This document shows, one piece after another, positions 28,837-39,454 of a stretch of 64,000 bases of DNA (the first letter of the stretch is position 1; each line of letters starts with the position of its first letter). The position numbers and the translations under genes were made by a program. The stretch lies in the IMG/VR virus record IMGVR_UViG_3300031801_001562; one strand, given 5' to 3'. The stretch comes from a virus. Its lineage: Duplodnaviria > Caudoviricetes. The notes under the pieces are model-generated. The model ran no database searches, was not told where the DNA came from, and worked only from the letters and a program-made list of their open reading frames with translations.

Positions 28837-30722
28837 TATGCAGTATTAGCTCCATATACTACCAAAGCTGGCGTTTCATTAATTGTTGCCTGAGCAAAAT
28901 CACCGGTTGATAGAGCGGTATCTACTATCATATTAACTGTTACGTCTTTTCTATTAATTATTATAACTTGTTCTCTAATGGGTGTAACATCTTGAACATT
29001 GGTTTCAACATATATTTCAATAGTATTATTATTTACTACCTTCTCGACAGAATTAGGTATAAATCCTACCAACGTCATTTTACCAGTTTCATAATCTATT
29101 GTTCCTACATTAGAATTAACAATTGCTACTGCACCTGCTTCTTCTTTTACAACTTGAATAATTCCGTCTGCATCATTTAATAATGTATTTTGTTCTAATA
29201 CATTAGTATTTTCATTGATATATTCAAATTTTGAAGATCTTAATGCTCCTTTATATCCCTTATAAGGAAATTTTATCTGATTAGAAAAATTTTGAGAATA
29301 GTTAAATGCCTGGCCGAGTTCAACTACTAATCGTTTAAATAATAAAACTGTTGTTTGGTTGTTCAGAACAGCCGGATCAGAATTATCAATTAAAGTGGTC
29401 ATTCGAGAATATCTAAATCTTAAATCAAATTTACCTAATTCCTGAGTGTTATAATCTATACAAGTTGAAACAATTCTTTCACCTATTTCTTGGGGGGATT
29501 GTACAGTTTTATTTGGATCAAATCGAACGTTAGCGAGAATTGCAATGTATAAATAATCTGGCGCCACTATTTCTGGTGTAACAGATACCATATTCTTTGT
29601 TGCTAAAATTTCTTTTTTAATAACTTCTTTATCTTTTGTTGTTAGAAATAATCCACTTTTAGGTTTCACAGCAATATAAGCTTTTCCATATCTTGGAGGA
29701 TCATTTTGTTCTCCGCCCCAGCATGTTACAGATTCAGCATTAACCCATTCTTTTTCCACAATTCTTTTATAATCATTTAATGTTACACATCTATTTTGGG
29801 TTTCATATAATTTTGGTGCATTATACTTAATTTCAGCAATAGATTCTCTACCTGCTCCTCCATATCCAGCTGTTGTGGTAGATATAGAAACATTAGAATA
29901 TCCACCTATTGGATCTACTGCTCTAAATACTGCAGCTTTATTAGTAGCCGATCCATCAGATATATTTGCAGCCAAAATAACTTGACTTCCATCTGCCGGT
30001 CTGTATCCAACTTTATTATCTCCAAATTGAACTTCAAATTTATTTTCAAAACTTTCATAGATAAAATATACATTGGATGTAGGTGTAACCTTAACTGTAT
30101 CTGATATTAGTTGATAAGAATGTGTTTCAGTTGAAGACGAAGCAGATTTTACAACAACAGAAAGAGTTGTTATATCAGTATTAGTGTTTGGTAATATAAA
30201 TTGTTGTTCTTTATTATTATAATCAACTTTATATTTGTGTGTTATTCTGACACCTTGATTTAATTGAACATCATTTATCGTAAATTTTCCAGTTGCATCC
30301 AATATTCCGGCATAAGAATCTGCTGTTGTAAATATATATTTTTGATCATTAATAGTTGTTGAGAATCTTTTATCTTTTTCAACAATCATAGTTGTTGAGG
30401 AATCATTCGGAACTATATCTAATTTAACAATTGCTTTAGTTCCTTGAACAGATCGTGGCGTATAACCTATTTGTTTGGCTTTTTGTACAACAGAATTTCT
30501 AAGTTCTGCTGTATCTAGAAACATTTCATTGGCTAACATATTCAAATAAAAAGAATTGTAATATGTATTATATGAAAGCAAATCCATTATAACATCTAAA
30601 CCAGATCCCGCAAAATCAAAATTTGAAAATTCACTTTGACTTTTTAAAAATGCTATTAAGTTTGATTTAATAGAACTAAAATCTAATTCAGATACTTGTA
30701 ATTTAGCTGATTGTTCTGCCAC
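28836..30722 (-). CDS. gp6: Baseplate wedge subunit (gp6)
   Basis: ELDFSSIKSNL, DFAGSGLDVIMDLLSYNTYYN, NEMFLDTAELRNSVV, QNRCVTLNDY, WGGEQNDPPRYGK. Confidence 0.95.
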   Translation of the reverse strand: MAEQSAKLQVSELDFSSIKSNLIAFLKSQSEFSNFDFAGSGLDVIMDLLSYNTYYNSFYLNMLANEMFLDTAELRNSVVQKAKQIGYTPRSVQGTKAIVKLDIVPNDSSTTMIVEKDKRFSTTINDQKYIFTTADSYAGILDATGKFTINDVQLNQGVRITHKYKVDYNNKEQQFILPNTNTDITTLSVVVKSASSSTETHSYQLISDTVKVTPTSNVYFIYESFENKFEVQFGDNKVGYRPADGSQVILAANISDGSATNKAAVFRAVDPIGGYSNVSISTTTAGYGGAGRESIAEIKYNAPKLYETQNRCVTLNDYKRIVEKEWVNAESVTCWGGEQNDPPRYGKAYIAVKPKSGLFLTTKDKEVIKKEILATKNMVSVTPEIVAPDYLYIAILANVRFDPNKTVQSPQEIGERIVSTCIDYNTQELGKFDLRFRYSRMTTLIDNSDPAVLNNQTTVLLFKRLVVELGQAFNYSQNFSNQIKFPYKGYKGALRSSKFEYINENTNVLEQNTLLNDADGIIQVVKEEAGAVAIVNSNVGTIDYETGKMTLVGFIPNSVEKVVNNNTIEIYVETNVQDVTPIREQVIIINRKDVTVNMIVDTALSTGDFAQATINETPALVVYGANTA

Positions 30723-30730
30723 AGTAATTC

Positions 30731-31153
30731 CTATCTATATAAAAATTGTTCGAAGGTTTCCGAGGATTGTTGCCCCATCATAGTAAAAATTATTTTTACT
30801 CTATATCTATTTAAATCCTCTTCAGATGAAACCTGAATATCTTTTATTATGGCACGTGGTTCTAGGGATTGCATAGTTGTTTCAATACTTATTTTTAATC
30901 GGGTTTCTGTTATTGGGCTCATGGGATCAAATAACAAAGTTTGTAAATTTGATCCAATTTCAGGATGTCCAATTCTTTCAAATTCTCTAGTTTGTAAAAC
31001 ATTACGCATAGACTGTTTTATAACGGTAGCGTCCTTTGTTTTGAGAAGGTCTCCTGTGACAGGATGAACTTTGAACGACAAATCTACATCAGAATATATT
31101 GTTCCTCCGGTTTCAGGATCATATGTTACTTCTGTAAATTTTGCATCTGCCAT
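30731..31153 (-). CDS. gp25: Baseplate wedge subunit (gp25)
   Basis: YSDVDLSF..HPVTGDL, IKQSMRNVLQT, ER..P.IGS, EPRA. Confidence 0.92.
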   Translation of the reverse strand: MADAKFTEVTYDPETGGTIYSDVDLSFKVHPVTGDLLKTKDATVIKQSMRNVLQTREFERIGHPEIGSNLQTLLFDPMSPITETRLKISIETTMQSLEPRAIIKDIQVSSEEDLNRYRVKIIFTMMGQQSSETFEQFLYR

Positions 31154-31174
31154 TTATAATTTCTCCAATTACTT

Positions 31175-31182
31175 TATTTATA
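31175..31182 (-). promoter_or_regulatory. T4 late promoter TATAAATA upstream of gp25
   Basis: Exact consensus on minus strand, followed by GGAG SD. Confidence 0.8.
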
Positions 31183-31207
31183 CCTACCGGCCTTCAAATG
31201 ATTGTCT

Positions 31208-34200
31208 TCAATCAGTAGTACCGGTACTACTTTCACTAGTATTAGCTGTAACCGGCCATGCTTTAGCTTCCAAAATAGTGAGATAGTCATAAACAATATC
31301 CGCCTGGTCATTAATTTCTTTTAAATAATCTGCGTACTTATTTCTGCTACTTTGTATCTTTGCTGTTTTAGCAGCTTCAGCCGCTGATGCGTCCGATATT
31401 GCAAAAGACCAATCTTCATGATATAAAAATATTTCTGGTGATCCAGTTCCGATGGTGAAAGCCCCTTCAACCTTAATATATTCTTCTCCAATTGTTGAAT
31501 CCACTGCTTTCTCAACCAGTCCGCCAGTGCCGGCTCCAAAATCAATAGTAATTTTATCGTCTTCAGAAACACCTAAGGCCATCCATGTAGAGGCGACATC
31601 TTGCTCTTCCTCTGCGCGCACAACCGCAAGTCCAGTAACGTCTGAGATATAAGTTTCAGAAACCGGAACAGTTCCGTTAATTTTTACCACAGTACCTTCT
31701 GGATAATGTGCGGTAGTACGAACATCGCCTTGCGGGCCGGCCTGGCCAGCTTCCCAAACTGGAAGCTGTGGATATTCTCCTGCGCTATTTGGAATAGCTA
31801 TTGAAACAGTATTAGCTTTAGCTTTATATTCTCTTAATCTATAACCTGGGTGATAGTAAGTGTTAGTATTGGGGATTTTATTCTCATCCTTATGCTTGTA
31901 AACTGATTCAACAGTATTATTTAAAATTATATTATAAGGCAATGCTTCATCCAGATCAACAGGAAATTCTTCTTCAAGAACAGCTATGGTTGTATTAGAT
32001 AAACTTTCAACAGATCTTGTTGCTCCAGAAGAATCTAAAAGAGGATGAAGTATAGTAACTGTAGTATTTGGTTTGACTTGGCGGTGACCAAAATCTTCAA
32101 AGGAAGTTTCATTTCCCTTCATTTCATCTACAAATTCACCTTTTATTATCATCAATGTCTTACCTATAGATCTTAAACTTCCTTTAGCGGTAGTTGTATC
32201 TGGATTGGCTTTGAGCGACTCTTGAATCAAGTTTATTTCAATTGCTTGTATTAATTCTGTAATTCTTTGGGTTAATAATTCCAATTCTCGTAAATCATTT
32301 TCTCTCAATTGAGTTAATTCTTCATAAATATTTCTATCTGGACCGTTGAAGACACCGGTTGATATATCAATAGAACCAAAACGATTAACATCCATTATTA
32401 GTTCCGTCAAATTTTTTCCGGAAGGTGGCGAGCCCTCCAAATAGTCCAAAATTACGGCTAATGCTATTTTAGCCTCCTTCAACCAAGTAATTTTATCTTT
32501 TGCCATCTGGACCGCGTCTCTTGAGTCTCCAAGTTCAACTTCTGTGTCGTCTCCAGTGGTCGCTTCCGCTAAACCCCAATAAGTAGAATTTCGCCTGATC
32601 TTACCGCTCCATTCGTCTATCATTAACGGTCCTTCCCCTAGGGGAGCGTTCGTGATACATACATAATTTGTTTGTTTATAAGATACTTTCTCACCCGTCA
32701 AATATGCAAATCCATCTGCATCATTGGGTTTGTCTGGATCATAACCCGGAATAGCTATAGCTTCCATTTCTGCGGCAATTTCCACTTCAGCAACAGTTTT
32801 TTGTCTTAAACCTAATAACAAAGATAACATATCTAAAGATCTTAAAAGTGGATTCCCGGTCGGGCCTCCTCCTAAAAAACACACGCCGGCACAAAATTTT
32901 AAAGATTCCGGTGGTTTGCGATCACCTCCTGCAGCCATCATTCTTTCTCTAAATTTAGTTACTCCACCAGGTCTTGGTTCTAAATATAAAGAATACATAC
33001 CAGTAGCTGGAACACCATCAGCAAATAATTCTAATATTTCTTCGATATCTTTTGCAAAAGCCTGCACGTCCGCCATTTTACCATCGAGCCAAGCTATAAT
33101 AGGATCTAAAGTTTTTTTAGCAGATTCAACACTTGCTTTTATCCCTTTTACTTCTGCTTCACATTTATTAAGCAGTGGGCCCAAAGCTGGAAATAGTTGT
33201 TCTAAACTTTTGCCGGACCAGTTAGGAGATTCTGGCAAAGCATTATCATCATAAGCATCTACTACTATACCCACTGTACATGTGCCTTCTTTAACTTGAT
33301 GGTATATATCGCTCCGTTGATCGTCTGGATTAACTCTATTTCCCTCGCTTTTCTTCGCCTTATCCTTTTGTTCACCCGAGGCCTCCTTGGGCGCTGGCCG
33401 GGCTTCAAATATTATATCACCTGCTTGAAATTCTTGGCCTCCACTTTCAAAATATTCAATTTCTAATGTTTGATTCATATATGGCAAAGAGTTGCGGTTT
33501 ACTTTTGTGCCTATATGTAGCTGTCTTATTCTACTTTCTGTCAACGGAAGATCCGTTGAATCCATGGATTTTGCTGCATTCATTTCTATTTTTTCATTGA
33601 GCCATGGTACAGATTCTATAACTCTTTTTACTCGAGCATAAACATGTTTTGTATTTGATAATATTCTATTAGTTTCATCTGGATCCTGTGCTTCAAACAT
33701 TCCGGAATTTTCTTCTTGCATAACATAGTATGTGGATGTAAGTCCTTCCGTCCCCGAGATGTTTAAGCTAGCATCTCCACTCGCCGCGGTGTCTCCGCCT
33801 ACATTGGTTTGAGCATGCCCGATGGAATCGGCTGTTTGTACCTTCCCCTCGCCTATCGCCCCACTACCCTCTTTACCTTCAGCAACGGTTAACTTCGCTA
33901 CTTTAGATAATAATAATTTATGAGTAACTGCTTTAGGTGCCCATATTTTATCAATTTCTTCTAATAATGTTACAAATCCTTTAATTTCTATAAGCTTATT
34001 AAACTTTTGCAAAATTGTTTTAAATTTGTCAAATTCCGGCATGCCTATTATAAAAATAATGCCTCCAACTGTAGCTGAATCAGACATAATTGGTCTGCCT
34101 GATTTATAATAACTTGGATCTATTAAATCTTTAAATGCTGTTATATCAACATTAGGAACATAATCTCCGAGTCCTAGGTCTGTACCTCCGATTGAATGCA

Positions 34201-34975
34201 GTCTTTTAAAATGCTTCGGCACATCACCTAAATCATCAAAAGATTTATCTATAGTTTGTAAAATCCCTCCGGGAGTTAATGACATCAAACCTGTATAATT
34301 ATTCATTTTTATATAAGCTTGGTCAATGAGGCCTTCCTTGGTAGCACCGGCTTCCCCTCCCCACCATTTCAGCGGCGTTTCATCGTACTCCGGAGATTCA
34401 ACATAATTTATTTCACCTGAAATAGGATCTACCTCTATTGGATCAAGTTTTCCTGCGGCGGACAAATGAGAGGGTGTGACTGAACCGTCTGCTTTTACTA
34501 CTGCCGGAACTCGTGTTGCTGGAACATAAACGTTTTTACCAAAAAATAAAGAACCTGTCACAGGATTTCGTTCTACATTTGGTTCAACCGCTCCAGCATG
34601 AACCGGGAGCATGAAAAAGCCAAGGCCTCGTAAATCTGCTAATAATTTTAAAATTTCATCTAGAACCGCTTGAATTGCCGCAAATATAGGATCTATAGTA
34701 GCAAACATTAGAGCTTTATTTAATTCATATATATCTTTAATAAATGCCGCGTTTGCCTTATGAAGTTCCAAGCCCTTTTTAGCAGCTGCAAAAAAAGGTT
34801 TTAAGAAACTTATATCACCTAATGTTTGAGATTTCCAAAGATCCGGATCTTCTTCTACTTCAACTGCTTCAGTTCCAAAAATCGCTCCGGTTGCTGGAGT
34901 ACCATCTGGATTAGTAGTTTTACCCAGCAAGTCCCTATCAACTGTAACCCCTTTAGCGAATGCTTGTGTGGCCAT
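31208..34975 (-). CDS. Large hypothetical baseplate-region protein (1255 aa)
   Basis: Long ORF between gp5 and gp25; amphipathic helical blocks, PNWSGKSLEQLFP motif, small CBM5/12-like module. Confidence 0.6.
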   Translation of the reverse strand: MATQAFAKGVTVDRDLLGKTTNPDGTPATGAIFGTEAVEVEEDPDLWKSQTLGDISFLKPFFAAAKKGLELHKANAAFIKDIYELNKALMFATIDPIFAAIQAVLDEILKLLADLRGLGFFMLPVHAGAVEPNVERNPVTGSLFFGKNVYVPATRVPAVVKADGSVTPSHLSAAGKLDPIEVDPISGEINYVESPEYDETPLKWWGGEAGATKEGLIDQAYIKMNNYTGLMSLTPGGILQTIDKSFDDLGDVPKHFKRLHSIGGTDLGLGDYVPNVDITAFKDLIDPSYYKSGRPIMSDSATVGGIIFIIGMPEFDKFKTILQKFNKLIEIKGFVTLLEEIDKIWAPKAVTHKLLLSKVAKLTVAEGKEGSGAIGEGKVQTADSIGHAQTNVGGDTAASGDASLNISGTEGLTSTYYVMQEENSGMFEAQDPDETNRILSNTKHVYARVKRVIESVPWLNEKIEMNAAKSMDSTDLPLTESRIRQLHIGTKVNRNSLPYMNQTLEIEYFESGGQEFQAGDIIFEARPAPKEASGEQKDKAKKSEGNRVNPDDQRSDIYHQVKEGTCTVGIVVDAYDDNALPESPNWSGKSLEQLFPALGPLLNKCEAEVKGIKASVESAKKTLDPIIAWLDGKMADVQAFAKDIEEILELFADGVPATGMYSLYLEPRPGGVTKFRERMMAAGGDRKPPESLKFCAGVCFLGGGPTGNPLLRSLDMLSLLLGLRQKTVAEVEIAAEMEAIAIPGYDPDKPNDADGFAYLTGEKVSYKQTNYVCITNAPLGEGPLMIDEWSGKIRRNSTYWGLAEATTGDDTEVELGDSRDAVQMAKDKITWLKEAKIALAVILDYLEGSPPSGKNLTELIMDVNRFGSIDISTGVFNGPDRNIYEELTQLRENDLRELELLTQRITELIQAIEINLIQESLKANPDTTTAKGSLRSIGKTLMIIKGEFVDEMKGNETSFEDFGHRQVKPNTTVTILHPLLDSSGATRSVESLSNTTIAVLEEEFPVDLDEALPYNIILNNTVESVYKHKDENKIPNTNTYYHPGYRLREYKAKANTVSIAIPNSAGEYPQLPVWEAGQAGPQGDVRTTAHYPEGTVVKINGTVPVSETYISDVTGLAVVRAEEEQDVASTWMALGVSEDDKITIDFGAGTGGLVEKAVDSTIGEEYIKVEGAFTIGTGSPEIFLYHEDWSFAISDASAAEAAKTAKIQSSRNKYADYLKEINDQADIVYDYLTILEAKAWPVTANTSESSTGTTD

Positions 34976-35145
34976 TATACATTCCTTCTTTTCTTTTCAT
35001 TTTCATTAAATTTTTCTATATCTGATTTAACAGTTTCCAATAATATATTTTCTAATTCTATTAATTTTTTAGTTTTTTCAGCCAATTTAACCAATGTAGG
35101 ATGAACTCCTATTACATCTGGTTGTTCCCATTCGTCTTTTGCCAT
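34975..35145 (-). CDS. Small coiled-coil protein (56 aa, MAKDEWEQPDVIGVHPTLVKLAEKTKKLIELENILLETVKSDIEKFNENEKKRRNV), not in ORF track
   Basis: Read by hand; ATG 35145 follows gp5 stop; its TAA overlaps the next ATG. Confidence 0.7.
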   Translation of the reverse strand: MAKDEWEQPDVIGVHPTLVKLAEKTKKLIELENILLETVKSDIEKFNENEKKRRNV

Positions 35146-35150
35146 ATTAC

Positions 35151-37214
35151 CTACGATAATAATGAATTTAAATTTGTTTGCGACTCTACAGTTTTTGGCA
35201 TTACAGCCACCAGCTGAGGAAGTGCTTTGCCTCCAACAATTGGGCCCGGAGCAGCAGGTACGCTGCCTACTAAGTCATGTCCGTGCGATTGATATTCTGT
35301 AAAAAAATCATCTAGAATTTTTCTTAAAGAAGCTACATCATTTTTAATTGTTATTAAGCCAGCACCATCAATTGCTAGTACACCTTTTGCTTTGTTCGAT
35401 ATATTTATTTCTCCTGCTGCTCCGCTGCTTTGAATTTTTATTTCTCCTGAGGGAGAGTCGCCAAGAGAAATTTCTCCAACTTTATTTTTCATTGTTATAG
35501 CGCCAAGTGGAGTAGCCATTGTTATTTGAGCTGTTGCCGGATTTTTAGGAGTAATAGCAATATACCCGGATGAAGAAGCTTTTGCACCTTTTTCAGAAGT
35601 AGAAGGAAGTCTATTTAATTGAAATAATAGGCCACCGGTAGACTCTGTTGCAGCAGATCTTAAATTAATAATTCCATTATTACATATAATAGATTTGCCT
35701 GCACCACTACCCGCATTTATTACATTCATTCCTTGAATAATTTCTTCACTATTATGCGAATAAGTTTCCGTTCCACTTTGAGCAGATAAACCGTACGCTC
35801 CCATGGTACTTTGTGTTATTTGTGAAGCAGTTGTAATTTTTGCGCCACCAATATTTTCTGAGAAAGGACCTTTTCTTGTAATATATGTTCCGGTGTTGTC
35901 AGCAAGCGGAAGCATGGGGCCCCCATGAAGAGTTGGTAAATCAAGGGCTCGTTCCCCTTCTAAGTACAAAGGCGTATTGAATGCAATAGATTCTTTAGCG
36001 TTAAATTCAATTTTAGCCGCAGTGATAAAAGCAATTCCATCTTTACAATACACTTCAACATTGCCTTGTTCTGCTTCTAGATGTACGTCACCAGATCCTT
36101 TAACTCGCAACCAATAATCTTCTTGTCCGCCTGCAGTATTCACACATAATTCATATCCATACTTTATGGATGAATATTTAACGCCACCAACTGATTCATA
36201 AGCATTTTTTAAAACACAAGAATAATAATCTCGATTAGATTTATCAACCATAGTTCCTAGTGGACCTATTTCTCTATAGGTTCCGGAACGATGATACCAA
36301 TGTAATCTTTCTCTAGTTGGAGTATCATCAATTTCAATAACATGACCACTTTCTGATACATGTACATGATTATACGGATACGCGGCATCATAAGGAGGAA
36401 TTGGTTCTTGAAAAGTAGTTTTTCCTGTACCTTTGGCCATAGGATAAGGAAGCATTCTTAAATCCGTTTTTGTTTGAACAATAGAGGTGCCCTGCTGTGC
36501 AATTATCGACTCACCTTGGGCATTGGATGTTAGGACTGTATCAATTTTTGTACTGTTATCTTCGCGCCCTCTAGCTAATCTTGGAGTCGTTGGTTCGCCC
36601 AAAAATCTAAAAAGAGGATAATTATAAGAAAATTCATAATCTGGAACTTGTGCTTCCTGTGATTCTGTTTCTTTAACTAAAGTTTCCTCTAAAACTTGGC
36701 CCTTAACAAAAGTAGCTCTATCACTTCTTTCAATTATTTCAATTCCTCTTTGTTTATTGAATTTTATACTTAGAGGATGTTGTGGAACATCTTTAAACTC
36801 GGGAGGATTACCTTTGATTTCGCCAGTTTTAGCATCTACTTGATAAAAGCGTGGAGTAAAATCTCTCGGATCATTAAAACCTTCATCGGGATTACAAGGT
36901 TTATCAGGTCTGCCAGGTAATGTGCCTATCATAACAGGATCATTAGCGGCGTCTCCATCTCTAAAAAATCCCATAACCCATGTGCCTTCAACAGGACCAG
37001 TTGGACTTGTTCCTACTCCTGTTTGAGAAGCAGAGGTAATGGGCAGTAACGGATGAGCCCATGGCAAAAGTTTTGTGGGTAGGTCCATCTTATCTTTTGT
37101 ATGCCAACCAAGCCATCTTACTCTACATCTTCCCAAATATAGAGGATCAAATCTATTTTCTACAACACCAACAGCCCAAACAAAGCCTTCTTTTCCCATA
37201 AAATCGGGTTCCAT
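35151..37214 (-). CDS. gp5: Baseplate hub/central spike (gp5-like, no lysozyme domain seen)
   Basis: FVWAVGVVENRFDPLYLGRCRVRWLGWHT OB-fold, LPWAHPL, GTWVMGFFRDG, YPYNHVHVSESGHVIEIDDTP..ERLHWYHRSGT. Confidence 0.92.
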   Translation of the reverse strand: MEPDFMGKEGFVWAVGVVENRFDPLYLGRCRVRWLGWHTKDKMDLPTKLLPWAHPLLPITSASQTGVGTSPTGPVEGTWVMGFFRDGDAANDPVMIGTLPGRPDKPCNPDEGFNDPRDFTPRFYQVDAKTGEIKGNPPEFKDVPQHPLSIKFNKQRGIEIIERSDRATFVKGQVLEETLVKETESQEAQVPDYEFSYNYPLFRFLGEPTTPRLARGREDNSTKIDTVLTSNAQGESIIAQQGTSIVQTKTDLRMLPYPMAKGTGKTTFQEPIPPYDAAYPYNHVHVSESGHVIEIDDTPTRERLHWYHRSGTYREIGPLGTMVDKSNRDYYSCVLKNAYESVGGVKYSSIKYGYELCVNTAGGQEDYWLRVKGSGDVHLEAEQGNVEVYCKDGIAFITAAKIEFNAKESIAFNTPLYLEGERALDLPTLHGGPMLPLADNTGTYITRKGPFSENIGGAKITTASQITQSTMGAYGLSAQSGTETYSHNSEEIIQGMNVINAGSGAGKSIICNNGIINLRSAATESTGGLLFQLNRLPSTSEKGAKASSSGYIAITPKNPATAQITMATPLGAITMKNKVGEISLGDSPSGEIKIQSSGAAGEINISNKAKGVLAIDGAGLITIKNDVASLRKILDDFFTEYQSHGHDLVGSVPAAPGPIVGGKALPQLVAVMPKTVESQTNLNSLLS

Positions 37215-37229
37215 TTTATCCTTTCTTAA

Positions 37230-39449
37230 TCATAATTTTACCATAGGAAATCCTAGTTTGGAGTAATCCACTTTGTAGAATCCTTCTGCGTCCACTGAAA
37301 CGGCATCAGAGTGCCTGGTGCCGATTAGTTCTTGTGCCATTACACCTCTCCACTTGATATCCTTATCCCACTTGAAACTGAAGGAGTAGATATTTGGATT
37401 GCCATCCTTTCCTTCTTCTATAAGTTGAATGTTTTCTTTTAATCTAATATCAGAAGACCCTTGGCTCTCTGCTAGCGATTGTTTATCATAGATTCGTGTC
37501 GGTGTACCGTGCCTTGATAAGCCCATTCTGCCTTTGTTCGGCTTTAGCTTCGGCCTCGGTTGTGCCTGGCTGCTGCTTTGCGACGGCGGGCTGTAGCTTT
37601 GTGTAACGCTATCACCGGCATCCTTCAATTCAGTTGGGTCGACTCTGTCTTCATTAGACAGCCCGGTGTTCTCGGCCCTAACCGCGGCTTCCAAAGATTT
37701 GAGGCGCAGCTGTGCTTCTTCGTGTGCTGATGCCCCTCCAGCCCAAGCTGAAATTACAGCTTCATCTAAACTAGGTGGTACATTTTCTAAACAATCTTTT
37801 CTAATTTGAATTTCTTGATAATATCTTTCATTCGTAAATACGTGATTTATTTTTGTCATAATATATTTACCACTCAAAAAGGGATCCTCTCCGGATCCGG
37901 AACTCTCGGTCAGATACGCGTGAGATGGCATATGCCACCAAATAATATCTCCAACTCTTAAAGATGAATCTCCGGCTAATTTAAGAGTTATTTTTATATT
38001 ATCAAGTTGCTGAAATTGTGAATCTCTTTTTTGTGATCGATACTCAAGGTTAGTTTCGTTAATGCCAGGTTCTGCGCCTCCTCCCCCCGAACTGCCTCCC
38101 CCCATGTCTTTTCTATTTTCTTTTAGAAAAAACGCATGATTAAAATTTGTTCCCATTAATTTTACGCGTGCGCCTTCGCCGCCGTCTTCATCAATCAAAC
38201 AATCATGATTATATGAACAAAGTTTACCGTTTCCAAGCGAAATGGTAAAATCTGCTAGTTTCTTGTCGGATTTTTCTGCGGTGCTGTCTCCTATCTGAAC
38301 CTCAGTCGACGAGTTCTCGGCAGCCAGTTCTATTACTCTGTCATCTTTTTTCTCAATATATCTATATCCTATAATTTCATATCTCATTCGAATCATATCA
38401 TGCGTTATTAATCTAGCAGCATACATTCCTTCTCTCATATTATCAATAATATCAAAAAGACTATCAACACTATATTCTTCTACATTATTAAATGCTATTC
38501 CCGGCCAGCCTCCTCCGGCCCACGTGTCCTTTGGATCTACTGAAGAATCTACTTTTGCCACAAAATTTCGTTTAGGTTCTCTTTTAAAACTTGTTTCCAA
38601 ACTTTCAAATTTAAATTGAGTTAAAGTTTCATAAAACATATATAAAGCACCATCTGCTGGCGCGATTTCCTCTTGACTATCGTCATCTTCTATTGGTTCA
38701 TTTGCAGATGTCGCTTTTTCAGCCAAATCATTCATAATATCAAATGGAGATTTAAAAGGAAAACAAAAAGTATGTTTATCGGCTGTTGGTTCAACTATAA
38801 GCTTTTTGGGTTCAGTTGTAAACTTATATGATGAATAGTAAGTTGACATTGGCTTTGCGATATAATTTTCGTAAATATCCTTAACGACGGATTCAATTTT
38901 TACATCATGATATCCTTTACTCATTTTCTTTTTTTCACTAATAATAGCTTCTATTGAAATACAATGGAGCACATATAATTTTAATCTTTCAGTGGAATTA
39001 ACTATAGGAGAAACAGTATATACTCTAAATGTTTTTTTAATAATATTATCGAGAGGATTATCGGCGTCCACCAATTCAAATCCTCTGGTCTGTGCTTCAA
39101 ATTGAACAAATTCTTCACCTATAATTGGAATAGTTTCTCTAAATCCATAAGAATCTCTTATTGCAATATCACATAATAAATAAGGTTTATTAATATCTTC
39201 ATATACGGTTAATGTATCAATCATTGGTATCATATTAACTGGTTCTAATTGTCCGTCTCCTTCAGATAATGCTACATTTGGAGATATTATATCACATTTT
39301 ACAATATCATACAATCCCGCCATTGGTGCCGCCTCTTCAATTTTTTCCGCATCGGGTGCACCTATGCTAACTGGAGACCGAAGCTGAGGGGGCTTTAGTA
39401 CATTAACTATTTCTTCTGCTCGATTTTCATGAAAATCCGCATCTGCCAT
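37230..39449 (-). CDS. Baseplate hub protein (gp27-like) with C-terminal peptidase S74-type chaperone domain
   Basis: Position between gp53 and gp5; GDSSLRVGDII, DPFLSGKYIMTKINH hub motifs; C-terminal SDIRLKENI...GVMAQEL...YKVDYSKL. Confidence 0.75.
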   Translation of the reverse strand: MADADFHENRAEEIVNVLKPPQLRSPVSIGAPDAEKIEEAAPMAGLYDIVKCDIISPNVALSEGDGQLEPVNMIPMIDTLTVYEDINKPYLLCDIAIRDSYGFRETIPIIGEEFVQFEAQTRGFELVDADNPLDNIIKKTFRVYTVSPIVNSTERLKLYVLHCISIEAIISEKKKMSKGYHDVKIESVVKDIYENYIAKPMSTYYSSYKFTTEPKKLIVEPTADKHTFCFPFKSPFDIMNDLAEKATSANEPIEDDDSQEEIAPADGALYMFYETLTQFKFESLETSFKREPKRNFVAKVDSSVDPKDTWAGGGWPGIAFNNVEEYSVDSLFDIIDNMREGMYAARLITHDMIRMRYEIIGYRYIEKKDDRVIELAAENSSTEVQIGDSTAEKSDKKLADFTISLGNGKLCSYNHDCLIDEDGGEGARVKLMGTNFNHAFFLKENRKDMGGGSSGGGGAEPGINETNLEYRSQKRDSQFQQLDNIKITLKLAGDSSLRVGDIIWWHMPSHAYLTESSGSGEDPFLSGKYIMTKINHVFTNERYYQEIQIRKDCLENVPPSLDEAVISAWAGGASAHEEAQLRLKSLEAAVRAENTGLSNEDRVDPTELKDAGDSVTQSYSPPSQSSSQAQPRPKLKPNKGRMGLSRHGTPTRIYDKQSLAESQGSSDIRLKENIQLIEEGKDGNPNIYSFSFKWDKDIKWRGVMAQELIGTRHSDAVSVDAEGFYKVDYSKLGFPMVKL

Positions 39450-39454
39450 TTTTA

